A DNA stretch of 58,852 nt from contig DATEUP010000275.1 in NCBI GenBank assembly GCA_035283065.1, positions 1-58,852 on the forward strand, given 5' to 3'. This stretch comes from Thermoplasmatota archaeon (GTDB lineage: Archaea > Thermoplasmatota > DTKX01 > DATEUP01). Position numbers and translations under genes: made by a program. The notes beneath the pieces are model-generated. The model made no database searches. It saw only the letters and a list, made by a program, of their open reading frames with translations, and had not been told where the DNA came from. Positions within the stretch are counted from its first letter, which is position 1; every line of letters begins with the position of its first letter. This document shows positions 26,941 to 34,880 of the stretch, in pieces.

Positions 26941-27681
26941 CTATGTGAATCGTCTCGTTGATAGGTAGTGCCCGTGGCGGGCCAAAAGGAGGTGATGGTT
27001 GTGGTTCCAGTGGTCCTTGAGGTTCGGCGGGGCCGGAGTCTTCTCCGACTCGTCTCGGCGGAACTGCACGGCCTCAACCGCCGCGACGCGGTAGCCCCGG
27101 GACCGGAGCCGAAGCGAGAGATCGGCGTCCTCGGCGTAGGCCAACCGGAACGCCGGGTCGAACAGGCTCCCCATGTGCTGGACCAACGAACGCCGGATCA
27201 TGAACAGGGCCCCATCGGCGTACTCGGGGAGCGTCAGAAGGGGTCGAAGGCTCAGGGGTACTTCGGCCATCGTGCAGCCGACGCCGGCGGGCGTGAGGGC
27301 GTTGAAGATGTGGACCGGGCACGTCTGGGCCACCCGCTGGTCGCGGAACGGGGCCATCAGCGCCTCCTGCCAGCCGCGGCCGAAGGTGATGTCGTTCGTC
27401 GTGGCAACGATGAAGTCGCCCTTCCCTCGCCTGGCCATCTCGTTGTGCGCGGCGCCGTAGCCGATGTTGTCCGGCGAGAGGAAGAGGGTGAACCGCATCG
27501 CCCGGGCCTGGACCTGGAGCCACCCCCGAAGCTCGGGTTGGGAGGCGTTGTCCCATACGAGGAGTTCGGTCGGCATGCTCGCGGTGCGCGAGATCGACTC
27601 GATGGCGCGCATGGTCTGCCGGGGGCGGTCACGCGTCACCATCTGAACGGTGATGATGGGTTTCCTCGACAGGAATCTCAC
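26941..27681 (-). CDS. glycosyltransferase family 2
   Basis: Motifs ITVQMVTRDR ... LLVWDNAS ... NIGYGAAHN ... ATTNDITF ... AYAEDADLSLRLRSRGYRV. Confidence 0.8.
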   Translation of the reverse strand: MRFLSRKPIITVQMVTRDRPRQTMRAIESISRTASMPTELLVWDNASQPELRGWLQVQARAMRFTLFLSPDNIGYGAAHNEMARRGKGDFIVATTNDITFGRGWQEALMAPFRDQRVAQTCPVHIFNALTPAGVGCTMAEVPLSLRPLLTLPEYADGALFMIRRSLVQHMGSLFDPAFRLAYAEDADLSLRLRSRGYRVAAVEAVQFRRDESEKTPAPPNLKDHWNHNHHLLLARHGHYLSTRRFT

Positions 27682-27687
27682 GGCCCC

Positions 27688-27694
27688 TATAATA
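27688..27694. promoter_or_regulatory. overlapping opposite-strand -10 hexamers (TATAAT plus strand, TATTAT minus strand)
   Basis: Read directly in the 44-nt divergent gap. The minus-strand hexamer lies 7 nt from GTG 27681. Confidence 0.4.
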
Positions 27695-27725
27695 CCCGCG
27701 AAGCCTCGCCGTGCAAGCAGACGCT

Positions 27726-28511
27726 ATGGTTTGGACGTGGGGGGTCCACCCTCAGTACCGCCCGATGATGGAGGCCCACGCGCGCGCTTGGGCGGACGCC
27801 CTCGGCGCACATTACGGCGGGGAGGCAAGAAGGAACTCCCCCTTCCACCTGGCGAACCGCCACTTGATCGTGGGCGCCCTCGTCAACGAGGCCGTGATCC
27901 CGGCGCGGAACGTCACGGTGTGGTTTCCCGAGCAGCCGGCGCGCTCGCTCCCCACCGCGATGGGCATGGCGGCGCGGGGCGCCCGTGTCCTCACCTGCTA
28001 CCGAAACTATCCGGGCCAGCACGCCTTGATCTCCTTCTTCCCGGCCTACTACCACCCCACGTTCGAGGCACCGAGCAACGGAGCGCCCAAGACGCCGCTC
28101 TACTTCTGCGGCTGGCCCACCGAACGCCGGGAAGCACTGGTGGCGGATCTGGCGCAGGCCCCGTGGTTCCGGTGGGATCGAGAGGCCGTTCCCTATCCTC
28201 GCTACCTTCTGCAGGTCGCCCAGAGCAGGTGCGGGCTCGTGATGGGGTCGTGGGAGGAGCGGTTGTTCTACCCCGTTCGCATCGTGTGCGAACTTCTCGC
28301 CAACGGCGTCACGCCCCTCGTCGAACGCCGCTACATGGAGGGGGCCTACGAGGACCTCCTGCCCTACCTGGTTCCGTTCGACTCGGTGTCGGACCTTGAG
28401 GGCCTGGCGCACGACCCAGGAATCCATCGCATCGGGCGGGCCGGGCAGGCGCACGTCCGCAAAAACTACGATCTCCGGCACCTCGTCGAAACCTTGCATC
28501 CCCTCGCGTAA
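27726..28511 (+). CDS. putative glycosyltransferase (CgeB/GT1-like C-terminal domain)
   Basis: An alternative GTG exists at 27711. The C-terminal half resembles that of 46539-47531. Confidence 0.4.
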   Translation: MVWTWGVHPQYRPMMEAHARAWADALGAHYGGEARRNSPFHLANRHLIVGALVNEAVIPARNVTVWFPEQPARSLPTAMGMAARGARVLTCYRNYPGQHALISFFPAYYHPTFEAPSNGAPKTPLYFCGWPTERREALVADLAQAPWFRWDREAVPYPRYLLQVAQSRCGLVMGSWEERLFYPVRIVCELLANGVTPLVERRYMEGAYEDLLPYLVPFDSVSDLEGLAHDPGIHRIGRAGQAHVRKNYDLRHLVETLHPLA

Positions 28512-28529
28512 ATCGCTACGCTTGCCCCC

Positions 28530-29723
28530 GTGGCTCGCCTATGCGTCGACGTCCCAGACTTCCCGCCCGGCCCGGACATTCCCACAGAGCTTATCAAACG
28601 CATAGAAACGGAGGTCGCCCGAGAGGTGAACCTGCTCCAGCCGGGAGCCGGAACTGGTAAGTTCCAAACGAAGGTCGACGTCCAGGCCGACGGCACGATC
28701 ACCCTCGGCAACCTCCCGCCTGGTGCATTGGATGCATCGTTCGTGAGGTTCGCGCTGCTTGGCGCGAGGAAGGTGCATCGGGGACCGTTTACAATCGTCA
28801 TCTTGCGTAAAGCGGAAGAAGATCGCAGCGTAAGCGTCGTCCCAGAGGCGCCGAAGGGCATCCTCACAGCGGCATTCGTCCTGATCACCAGAATCGTCAA
28901 CCTCGGGCGCGGGGGCCTCAAAGCAGCGGCCGATGCGCTGGCCCTCGAGTTGACCCTGTTGGCGCGCGCCAACGGGGCCACGCCAGATGAAGAACTTCGG
29001 CTGGCCAACTCCCTCGCGATCGCGGCAAACCCAGCGGACGAAACCGAACGAACCGCAGCGACGATCGAGGCCGAGACCATCATCGACAACGTCGCTCGAA
29101 GGGCCGAAGCTCGGCAGGAGGCTGAAGATAAGCTCCGAGCAGAGGAGGGGGTTCGGGCACCAACCAATGGCGCGCCCACCGACGAACTCAGGGTCGAATT
29201 GTTTGAGCTCCAGGATCAGATCGAAGCCCTCGAGAAGGCGCAGACGGAACCCACTTTCTCCTCGAGCTTAGAGTTCATCCGGGGCCTCGATGCGCTAAGA
29301 AAGCGCGCCGCCGCACTTCGGGCAGAGCTTGAGGCAAGGCGCCCCGACATCAAATTCATCGATCTCCCGCCGGTCGAATTGGTGCCGGTCGCCGAGGTTC
29401 AGGCAGAGGCCGACCGCTTGCGCCGCGATATCGAGGCGGCCGAGTCGGCGCAGAACGATCCGAACTTCAGCGGGTCCCTCGAGTTCTACCGGGGGCTCCA
29501 GAAGATGCGGGATCGGCTGAGTTTCATCACCACTTCTGCCGTGATTACGCCCACCCCATCCCGTGCTGTGATGAACAGCTTCTTGGCCAGAGCATTTCTC
29601 AACGTCCTCAACCTGACACCTGACGTTCTTGTGGAGAAGGCGGCCCACGCCGCCCTCCGCGTGGCAGAGGGCTTGGGCCTGCCTCCGGGCGGCCTTCCCC
29701 CGGCTCGCCGAGCCGCCCGCTAA
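28530..29723 (+). CDS. tail-motif protein (397 aa) ending ...PPARRAAR
   Basis: GTG start. Contains an internal duplicated motif AQxxPxFSxSLEFxRGL. Confidence 0.7.
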   Translation: MARLCVDVPDFPPGPDIPTELIKRIETEVAREVNLLQPGAGTGKFQTKVDVQADGTITLGNLPPGALDASFVRFALLGARKVHRGPFTIVILRKAEEDRSVSVVPEAPKGILTAAFVLITRIVNLGRGGLKAAADALALELTLLARANGATPDEELRLANSLAIAANPADETERTAATIEAETIIDNVARRAEARQEAEDKLRAEEGVRAPTNGAPTDELRVELFELQDQIEALEKAQTEPTFSSSLEFIRGLDALRKRAAALRAELEARRPDIKFIDLPPVELVPVAEVQAEADRLRRDIEAAESAQNDPNFSGSLEFYRGLQKMRDRLSFITTSAVITPTPSRAVMNSFLARAFLNVLNLTPDVLVEKAAHAALRVAEGLGLPPGGLPPARRAAR

Positions 29724-29761
29724 GCGTTGAACGAGACGCCGTCTCGTGTATACTCGGGGCC

Positions 29762-32700
29762 GTGGCCCAACCGCTTCCGCCGCTTTCGGCCATCATTCCG
29801 GCCGAGGCGCAGACGCCCGCCCTTGACGTTGCATTCGCCGCCGGTAACGTCTCCCTCGGCCGGTTGATCCGGGAGGACGGCGAGCGGGTCGACGAGGCCA
29901 TCACCACCTCGACGGAACTCTTGCAGGCCGCCCGCCTCGGCATCGAGGCCCTCTTCAACACCGGCCGGCAGGTCACGGTCGACCACATGGCCGGGTTGTG
30001 GTGGGGTCTTCGCCTGTTTGCTCGACTCCTTCAGACAGACCGCAAGGTGCCCGCTTCTGTGCTCGAAACGGCCAACTCGGAGGGTGCCGCAGGCGGCCTC
30101 TTCCTGCGCCGGCTGACAGCGGGACCTGCCGAATTCGCGGGCGCCCCCGTGCGCCTCTTCGAGCGGGTCGCTGCGGCGGATCAAGCCGGCGCTCTCGCCT
30201 TCGTCGACCACCTTGGGACCGTTCTAGCCGGGGAGCCTACCGTCTCGGACGGGGCGGTAGAGATCGCGGCGCTTCCCCCGCAGGACCCGGATGCCCTTGC
30301 CCAACTGATCAAGTCCGACGAGAGGTTCAATTACTTCCAGATCCGCGACGGGGTTGGACGCGCGGCCGACACCAGAGACATCACGGTCGAGCTGGTACGC
30401 AACCTCGACGGAACCTTCGCGCCGTCCTCGAGCGTTCCGCAGTTCATCTTTGTGCGGCTGGGGTTCGCGCGGAACCCCGACTCCCTGGAGGTGATGCGCG
30501 ATCTGCTCTTCGCCTCCCTGGACTCGAAGGCGCGGGAGGTCACCGGCAAGCTCAAGGAGGTGGTGGACCGTATCCGCGCGGCCAAGGACACGCGAGAAGA
30601 CGCGGCCCTCACCAACCTCAAGCGCGACCCCAAGGCCCGCCAGCGGCTGATCATTGCGATCCGCCGCGCCCGGGACGCCCAGGCGATCCCGGCTCTCACC
30701 GCAGCGCTCGAAGACAAGGACCCGCAGGTGAGGGCCGCGGCGGCCGACGCCCTCAAGCGCCTCGACGCCAAGGAAGCCATCCCCGCACTTGAGAAATCGC
30801 TCACGGACAAGGACATGGCCGTTCGCGAGCAGGCGGCGCTCGCGCTGGCCTTCCTCGGCGCCGGCGCCGCGGCCCTGATCAAGGCGTTCAAGGGGTCGAA
30901 GGGGCGGGGAAAGGCAGCGATCATAGAGGCGCAGGGGGTGCTTTTCTTCCAGGCCACCGACGATGAGAAGAAGTCCATCCTCGCCAACATCGAATCGGCC
31001 ACCAAGGACAAGGAACCCGAGGTGCGAATCGGCGCGCTCTTGGCGGCCCGGGCCACCGAGGACCCGACGCTGACCATCGACCTGGCCCGTCGCGCCCTGG
31101 CCGACAAGGACGAGGCGGTGCAAGCGGCGGCCATCGATGTGCTTCGGGATTTGGCGGTTCGCCTGCCGGAGAACACCAAGGAGGTGTCCTCCATCCTCAA
31201 GGGGGCTATCAGTGATCTTGCGAAAAACCCGGTGCTGCAGGAACGGGCGCAAGACGCCGTGGAAGGGTTCAACGACGATCCGGGAGAACGGGTAGGAACC
31301 TCCGTCAACGGCGTCCGAAACGTCGGGGCCTTCGTTCTCGCCTTCGACGTGTCGGGTAGCACCCTATCGGACCCGGACGACGTCGAGCGCGGGAAGACCA
31401 AGGCCGAGGCCGGGTTCAAGCAGATGAAGGACCTGATCAACTCCCTCAAGCCCAACCAGCGATTCAACATCATCCTCGCCTCGACCGTGGCCTTCGACGA
31501 GGGCATCGCCATCTTCAAGTCGCGTAGGCTTTCCGCCCGCGACATCGCCCTGCTTGAGGCAGAGGGACGCCTGGTGCCCGGAACGCTCGTTGCCGGCGAC
31601 CTGGTCCCCGAGTCGGTTCTCGCCACCGACCAGAACAAGGCCGCCGCCATCGCGTTCCTCGACCGTTCGCTGGCCTTTCTCACAAGCGACGCCAACCGCT
31701 CCTCGCGCGGCTTCTTCAAGGGGCGATACAACCTCTTCGATTCGATCATCCGCGCCTTCGCCGACCGCACGATCAACAAGCTCTGGTTGGGCGGGGACTT
31801 CAGGCCCACGGCGGGATCTTTGACGGACTCCAACACGATCCTCGACGCCATCGAGGGTTTCGTCAAGTACACCCGCGTGCGGATCGACACGGTTGTCTTC
31901 GGCAGCAGCGGGGTCGACCGCAACCTGGCGACGGACCTGGCCACTTCTTCGCGCGGTCGGGTGGTGGAGCGGTCGGCGCAGAAGATGTTTCCCGACGTCC
32001 TGCCCGGCCCGGTCTTCTTCGCCGACCCCGTCGACATGGAGCAGGACATCCTTCAGCAGGGCTTCAGGGTCTACGAGGACACCGGTAGGCTCCGGGCCAG
32101 TTCCGCGATGGCCGAGCGGATGGAGCGGTCGGCCGACTCGATTGCGGCGACCGCCTCGGTCACAGAGGGCGTTCGCTTCAAGAGCAACCTTCAACTACAA
32201 GCCGCTCAGCTCCGGGCAACGGCCGCAGAACTGCGGGTGGTTGCGGATCGTGAACTCGTGAGGGCGTCCGATTCGTCGGTTCGCCTGTCTGATATCGGGG
32301 AAGACGTGCTTCGCCGGTTGAGGGATCGAGGCGCATCGGAGGAGGCGGTCAAGTCGGTAGAGGAAGCCCTCACAAGTTATCGCCTCATCCTAAGACGCGA
32401 GGGCGAACTCGTCGGCAATGCGCGCCAGATAGAAGCGTTCTCCTTCGCTCGATTTGACTTTACGCTTTTCCCCCAGATGTCCGGGCGCATCGAAGGGTCT
32501 CGCAGGCGGGTCGAGGAATCCTCTTCGCGCATTGCGTTGATCATCACGGCGGCCGAGCAGTCGATCCAGACGGAAAACTCCGGCCTGCTCCAAAGCCAAC
32601 TTGCCGCCATACGGATGGCATCCTCCGAGAGCAGTCAAAGGGCGATGGTGATGTCCCAGGATGAGGGCACGGCATTTGCGCGGTTCGCCGTACGCCTCGA

Positions 32701-32857
32701 TGAGAAGATCGCTTCGACGAGATCGTTGTGGGACATCCTCGCTCGCCCCGCCCGCCCCGGCATCGAAGAGGTGACCGAGCAGGTAGGCCGCGCCCTTCGT
32801 CAGGTGAGGCCGAGAGACGGCTTCCCGTTGAGAAGAGCCGCCCCACGTGCCCCATGA
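29762..32857 (+). CDS. tail-motif protein (1031 aa) with HEAT repeats and a vWA-like domain, ending ...LRRAAPRAP
   Basis: HEAT_PBS-like repeats: AIPALTAALEDKDPQVRAAAADALKRL and AIPALEKSLTDKDMAVREQAALAL. MIDAS-like FVLAFDVSGS. Confidence 0.75.
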   Translation: MAQPLPPLSAIIPAEAQTPALDVAFAAGNVSLGRLIREDGERVDEAITTSTELLQAARLGIEALFNTGRQVTVDHMAGLWWGLRLFARLLQTDRKVPASVLETANSEGAAGGLFLRRLTAGPAEFAGAPVRLFERVAAADQAGALAFVDHLGTVLAGEPTVSDGAVEIAALPPQDPDALAQLIKSDERFNYFQIRDGVGRAADTRDITVELVRNLDGTFAPSSSVPQFIFVRLGFARNPDSLEVMRDLLFASLDSKAREVTGKLKEVVDRIRAAKDTREDAALTNLKRDPKARQRLIIAIRRARDAQAIPALTAALEDKDPQVRAAAADALKRLDAKEAIPALEKSLTDKDMAVREQAALALAFLGAGAAALIKAFKGSKGRGKAAIIEAQGVLFFQATDDEKKSILANIESATKDKEPEVRIGALLAARATEDPTLTIDLARRALADKDEAVQAAAIDVLRDLAVRLPENTKEVSSILKGAISDLAKNPVLQERAQDAVEGFNDDPGERVGTSVNGVRNVGAFVLAFDVSGSTLSDPDDVERGKTKAEAGFKQMKDLINSLKPNQRFNIILASTVAFDEGIAIFKSRRLSARDIALLEAEGRLVPGTLVAGDLVPESVLATDQNKAAAIAFLDRSLAFLTSDANRSSRGFFKGRYNLFDSIIRAFADRTINKLWLGGDFRPTAGSLTDSNTILDAIEGFVKYTRVRIDTVVFGSSGVDRNLATDLATSSRGRVVERSAQKMFPDVLPGPVFFADPVDMEQDILQQGFRVYEDTGRLRASSAMAERMERSADSIAATASVTEGVRFKSNLQLQAAQLRATAAELRVVADRELVRASDSSVRLSDIGEDVLRRLRDRGASEEAVKSVEEALTSYRLILRREGELVGNARQIEAFSFARFDFTLFPQMSGRIEGSRRRVEESSSRIALIITAAEQSIQTENSGLLQSQLAAIRMASSESSQRAMVMSQDEGTAFARFAVRLDEKIASTRSLWDILARPARPGIEEVTEQVGRALRQVRPRDGFPLRRAAPRAP

Positions 32858-32896
32858 AATGCTTGAATCCGGTCCTGTTTTGGGTAAGGTGAGGTC

Positions 32897-33226
32897 ATGA
32901 ACTTCATCGGTGTACGCAACGAGGTCATCTTCTACTGCATGGTGTGGGAGAGCCGCGCCGAGCCGACGACCGGCTCGTTCGTGGAAATCCTGCGGGAGCA
33001 GTTCGCCCGCATCGCGCAGGAAGCGAAGATGGCGGTCGCCGAGGTCATCCAGTTCTGCCCGCCGAAGCTGCGCGACATCCTCCTCGGGCCTCCCGTGCCC
33101 CCGGTGACCCCGCCGGTCTCCCCGGTCTTCGCCGAGATCATCGTGATCGGCGAGCCCGAGGAACCGCCGATGTTCCCCGAGCGGGCACCGAACCCGGCCG
33201 GCCCGGGCCCCGTGACCCCGACCTAG
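32897..33226 (+). CDS. small protein (109 aa) ending ...RAPNPAGPGPVTPT
   Basis: AAGGTGAGG SD. Pro-rich C-terminal half. Confidence 0.6.
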   Translation: MNFIGVRNEVIFYCMVWESRAEPTTGSFVEILREQFARIAQEAKMAVAEVIQFCPPKLRDILLGPPVPPVTPPVSPVFAEIIVIGEPEEPPMFPERAPNPAGPGPVTPT

Positions 33227-33373
33227 TTCGGGGCCACGCGCGCGCGCACGGGTAGGGGCAGAGCGGAGGTCCTTTTCCCTCTCCATGGGAGGGGGGCCCC
33301 CCCCTACCCCCCCTGTCCGGGCATCTGATTTACGTCGGCCCTTCTATAAAGAGTCGGGTGCAACTTCACCGAT

Positions 33374-33411
33374 GATGCAGGTAGCATTCTCCTTGCATCG
33401 GATGCAGGTAG
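33374..33411. promoter_or_regulatory. GATGCA(GGTAG) repeat array upstream of the RHH gene
   Basis: GATGCAGGTAG at 33374 and 33401 (direct repeat). TGCATC at 33394 (inverted). Confidence 0.5.
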
Positions 33412-33429
33412 ACGTACACTGGCATCATC

Positions 33430-33648
33430 GTGGCACGCAGCCAGGACGACTACTTCGACCAGAAAATTCCCCTCAACGTGCGCGTCGACCGCAAGATCCA
33501 CGGCCAGATCAGGCAGGTCGCCACGCGCGAGGGGCGTTCCACGTCGGACGTGGTTCGGGAGGCCCTCGCCCGCTTCTTGATGAACTGGAACCACGCCGCC
33601 AGGGGCGCGGAGGTCGCCCCCACCGTCACCCCAAGGCAAGCCGGCTGA
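33430..33648 (+). CDS. ribbon-helix-helix (CopG/Arc-like) transcriptional regulator
   Basis: The pattern IPLNVRVDRKIHGQIRQVATREGRSTSDVVREALARFL follows the RHH layout. Confidence 0.7.
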   Translation: MARSQDDYFDQKIPLNVRVDRKIHGQIRQVATREGRSTSDVVREALARFLMNWNHAARGAEVAPTVTPRQAG

Positions 33649-33986
33649 TGCTTCCCTGCCCGAAGTGCTCGAGCGACGAACGGGTAGAGGTTGTCGGCCA
33701 AGGGCCGCAGCAGGTGGAGATCCGGGCGATGGACGAGAGGGGGAACCCCACCGAGGTCTTCCGCCACCCGAGGATGATGTACGAGTGCGTCGGCTGCAAC
33801 GTCACCCTCATCGAGAACAGAATCGCCGGGACGCTCGAGCCGGTCTCGGACGAGAAGGGCAAGCCCGTGCCGACCCGCGCCGACGAGGAGGCGCGGCAGG
33901 CCAAGATCATCGCAGACGACCGCAAGCGCATCTACGACCCGCGGGCCAGCGGACGAATGCGCATGACCCCGCGCCGCAGCGTCTAG
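33648..33986 (+). CDS. zinc-ribbon protein (112 aa)
   Basis: The ATG shares one nt with the upstream TGA. Cys pairs CPKC ... CVGC. Confidence 0.6.
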   Translation: MLPCPKCSSDERVEVVGQGPQQVEIRAMDERGNPTEVFRHPRMMYECVGCNVTLIENRIAGTLEPVSDEKGKPVPTRADEEARQAKIIADDRKRIYDPRASGRMRMTPRRSV

Positions 33987-34009
33987 CGCGCGGCTACCCC
34001 AAAAAGGAA

Positions 34010-34031
34010 GCCCCCGGCTTGCGCCGGGGGC
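34010..34031 (-). terminator. rho-independent terminator (9-bp GC stem, TTGC loop; U-tract on minus strand)
   Basis: GCCCCCGGC-TTGC-GCCGGGGGC is preceded by AAAAA on the plus strand. Lies between convergent genes. Confidence 0.7.
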
Positions 34032-34056
34032 CGGCTGTCTCCCAGGTTGGCGTCCG

Positions 34057-34806
34057 TTACGGCGCCGTGTGCTTCAGCGTGACGACCTTGTTCAGGTCGG
34101 GCAGCACGGCGATGTTGACGAACGTGGCCGGCGGCGGCAGCGCGACGGCCGCATCGACCATCTTGGTGATCAGATCGTCGAGTTTGGCGTTCGCGTCCGT
34201 GACGCTGAACCCCTTGTCGACGGCGACCCCAAGCTGGACCAGCAACTGGACGATGTTCGACCGCAACACACTTCGCATCAGAAGCGAGGTGATGTTGGTC
34301 GGGAGGAGGCCATCGATCTGGTAAGAACCGCGGGTGTACTTCACTCCGCGGCGGTCGCCTGTCATGGCCGACGCCGCGTAGGGTCCCGGTCCTCGTTCTC
34401 CCAGAGCGGAGGTGCTGGTCATCTCGAGCGTGAACGCCACGCGCGAGAGCCAGTTGTTCGCCTTCTCGTCGACCTTCCGCTTGAACTCGTCTCCGTCGTT
34501 GGCGAAGACGTTGTCGTGGGCCTGCTTGGCGCCGACTTCCGAAGCCTCCATGTTGAATTCCATGAAGCGCTTGATGAAGTCCGCGCTACGGCCGCGCCGC
34601 GACACGAAAGCGGGGTTGACGAAAGGCCCGAAAGCGATGGCCGCTTCCTTTGCCAGAGCCGTCCAGTTCGCCGTCGCCAAATCCCACCGCTGCTTCATGA
34701 TGCTCGCCGCGTTCTTCAGGTTCTCCGTGAACCGCGTGAAGATTTGCGTCGGCACCACGTTCACCGGCGTGACCGGGAGGGTCGCCTCGAGGATGACCGT
34801 GGGCAT
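34057..34806 (-). CDS. monocistronic 249-aa protein, candidate abundant structural protein
   Basis: Only gene in the window with its own promoter-like region, a GGGAG SD and a canonical terminator. No recognisable family. Confidence 0.7.
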   Translation of the reverse strand: MPTVILEATLPVTPVNVVPTQIFTRFTENLKNAASIMKQRWDLATANWTALAKEAAIAFGPFVNPAFVSRRGRSADFIKRFMEFNMEASEVGAKQAHDNVFANDGDEFKRKVDEKANNWLSRVAFTLEMTSTSALGERGPGPYAASAMTGDRRGVKYTRGSYQIDGLLPTNITSLLMRSVLRSNIVQLLVQLGVAVDKGFSVTDANAKLDDLITKMVDAAVALPPPATFVNIAVLPDLNKVVTLKHTAP

Positions 34807-34839
34807 CCGAGGACTCCCTAAATGGTGACGCTAAACAAA

Positions 34840-34856
34840 GGCTGGACCGTCCAGCC
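34840..34856. promoter_or_regulatory. 17-bp perfect palindrome GGCTGGACCGTCCAGCC
   Basis: Read directly. Lies between ATG 34806 (minus) and ATG 34881 (plus). Confidence 0.5.
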
Positions 34857-34865
34857 TCCGAGGGC

Positions 34866-34872
34866 TATAGTA
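34866..34872. promoter_or_regulatory. overlapping opposite-strand -10 hexamers (TATAGT plus strand, TACTAT minus strand)
   Basis: Plus strand: TGGACC-N17-TATAGT. Minus strand: TTGCAT-N17-TACTAT. Confidence 0.4.
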
Positions 34873-34880
34873 CGCAGGGT

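Noticed and set aside
30331-32049. 572-aa minus-strand ORF (and similar ones at 30224-31252 and 31364-32194)
   Set aside because: It lies antisense to the HEAT/vWA gene. The translations are Ser/Arg/Ala-rich and look like shadow ORFs.
34057-34806. Calling the 249-aa product an encapsulin or HK97-type capsid protein, to pair with the C-terminal tails
   Set aside because: I could not see any sequence resemblance to encapsulin or capsid families I know. It is kept as an unknown candidate structural protein.
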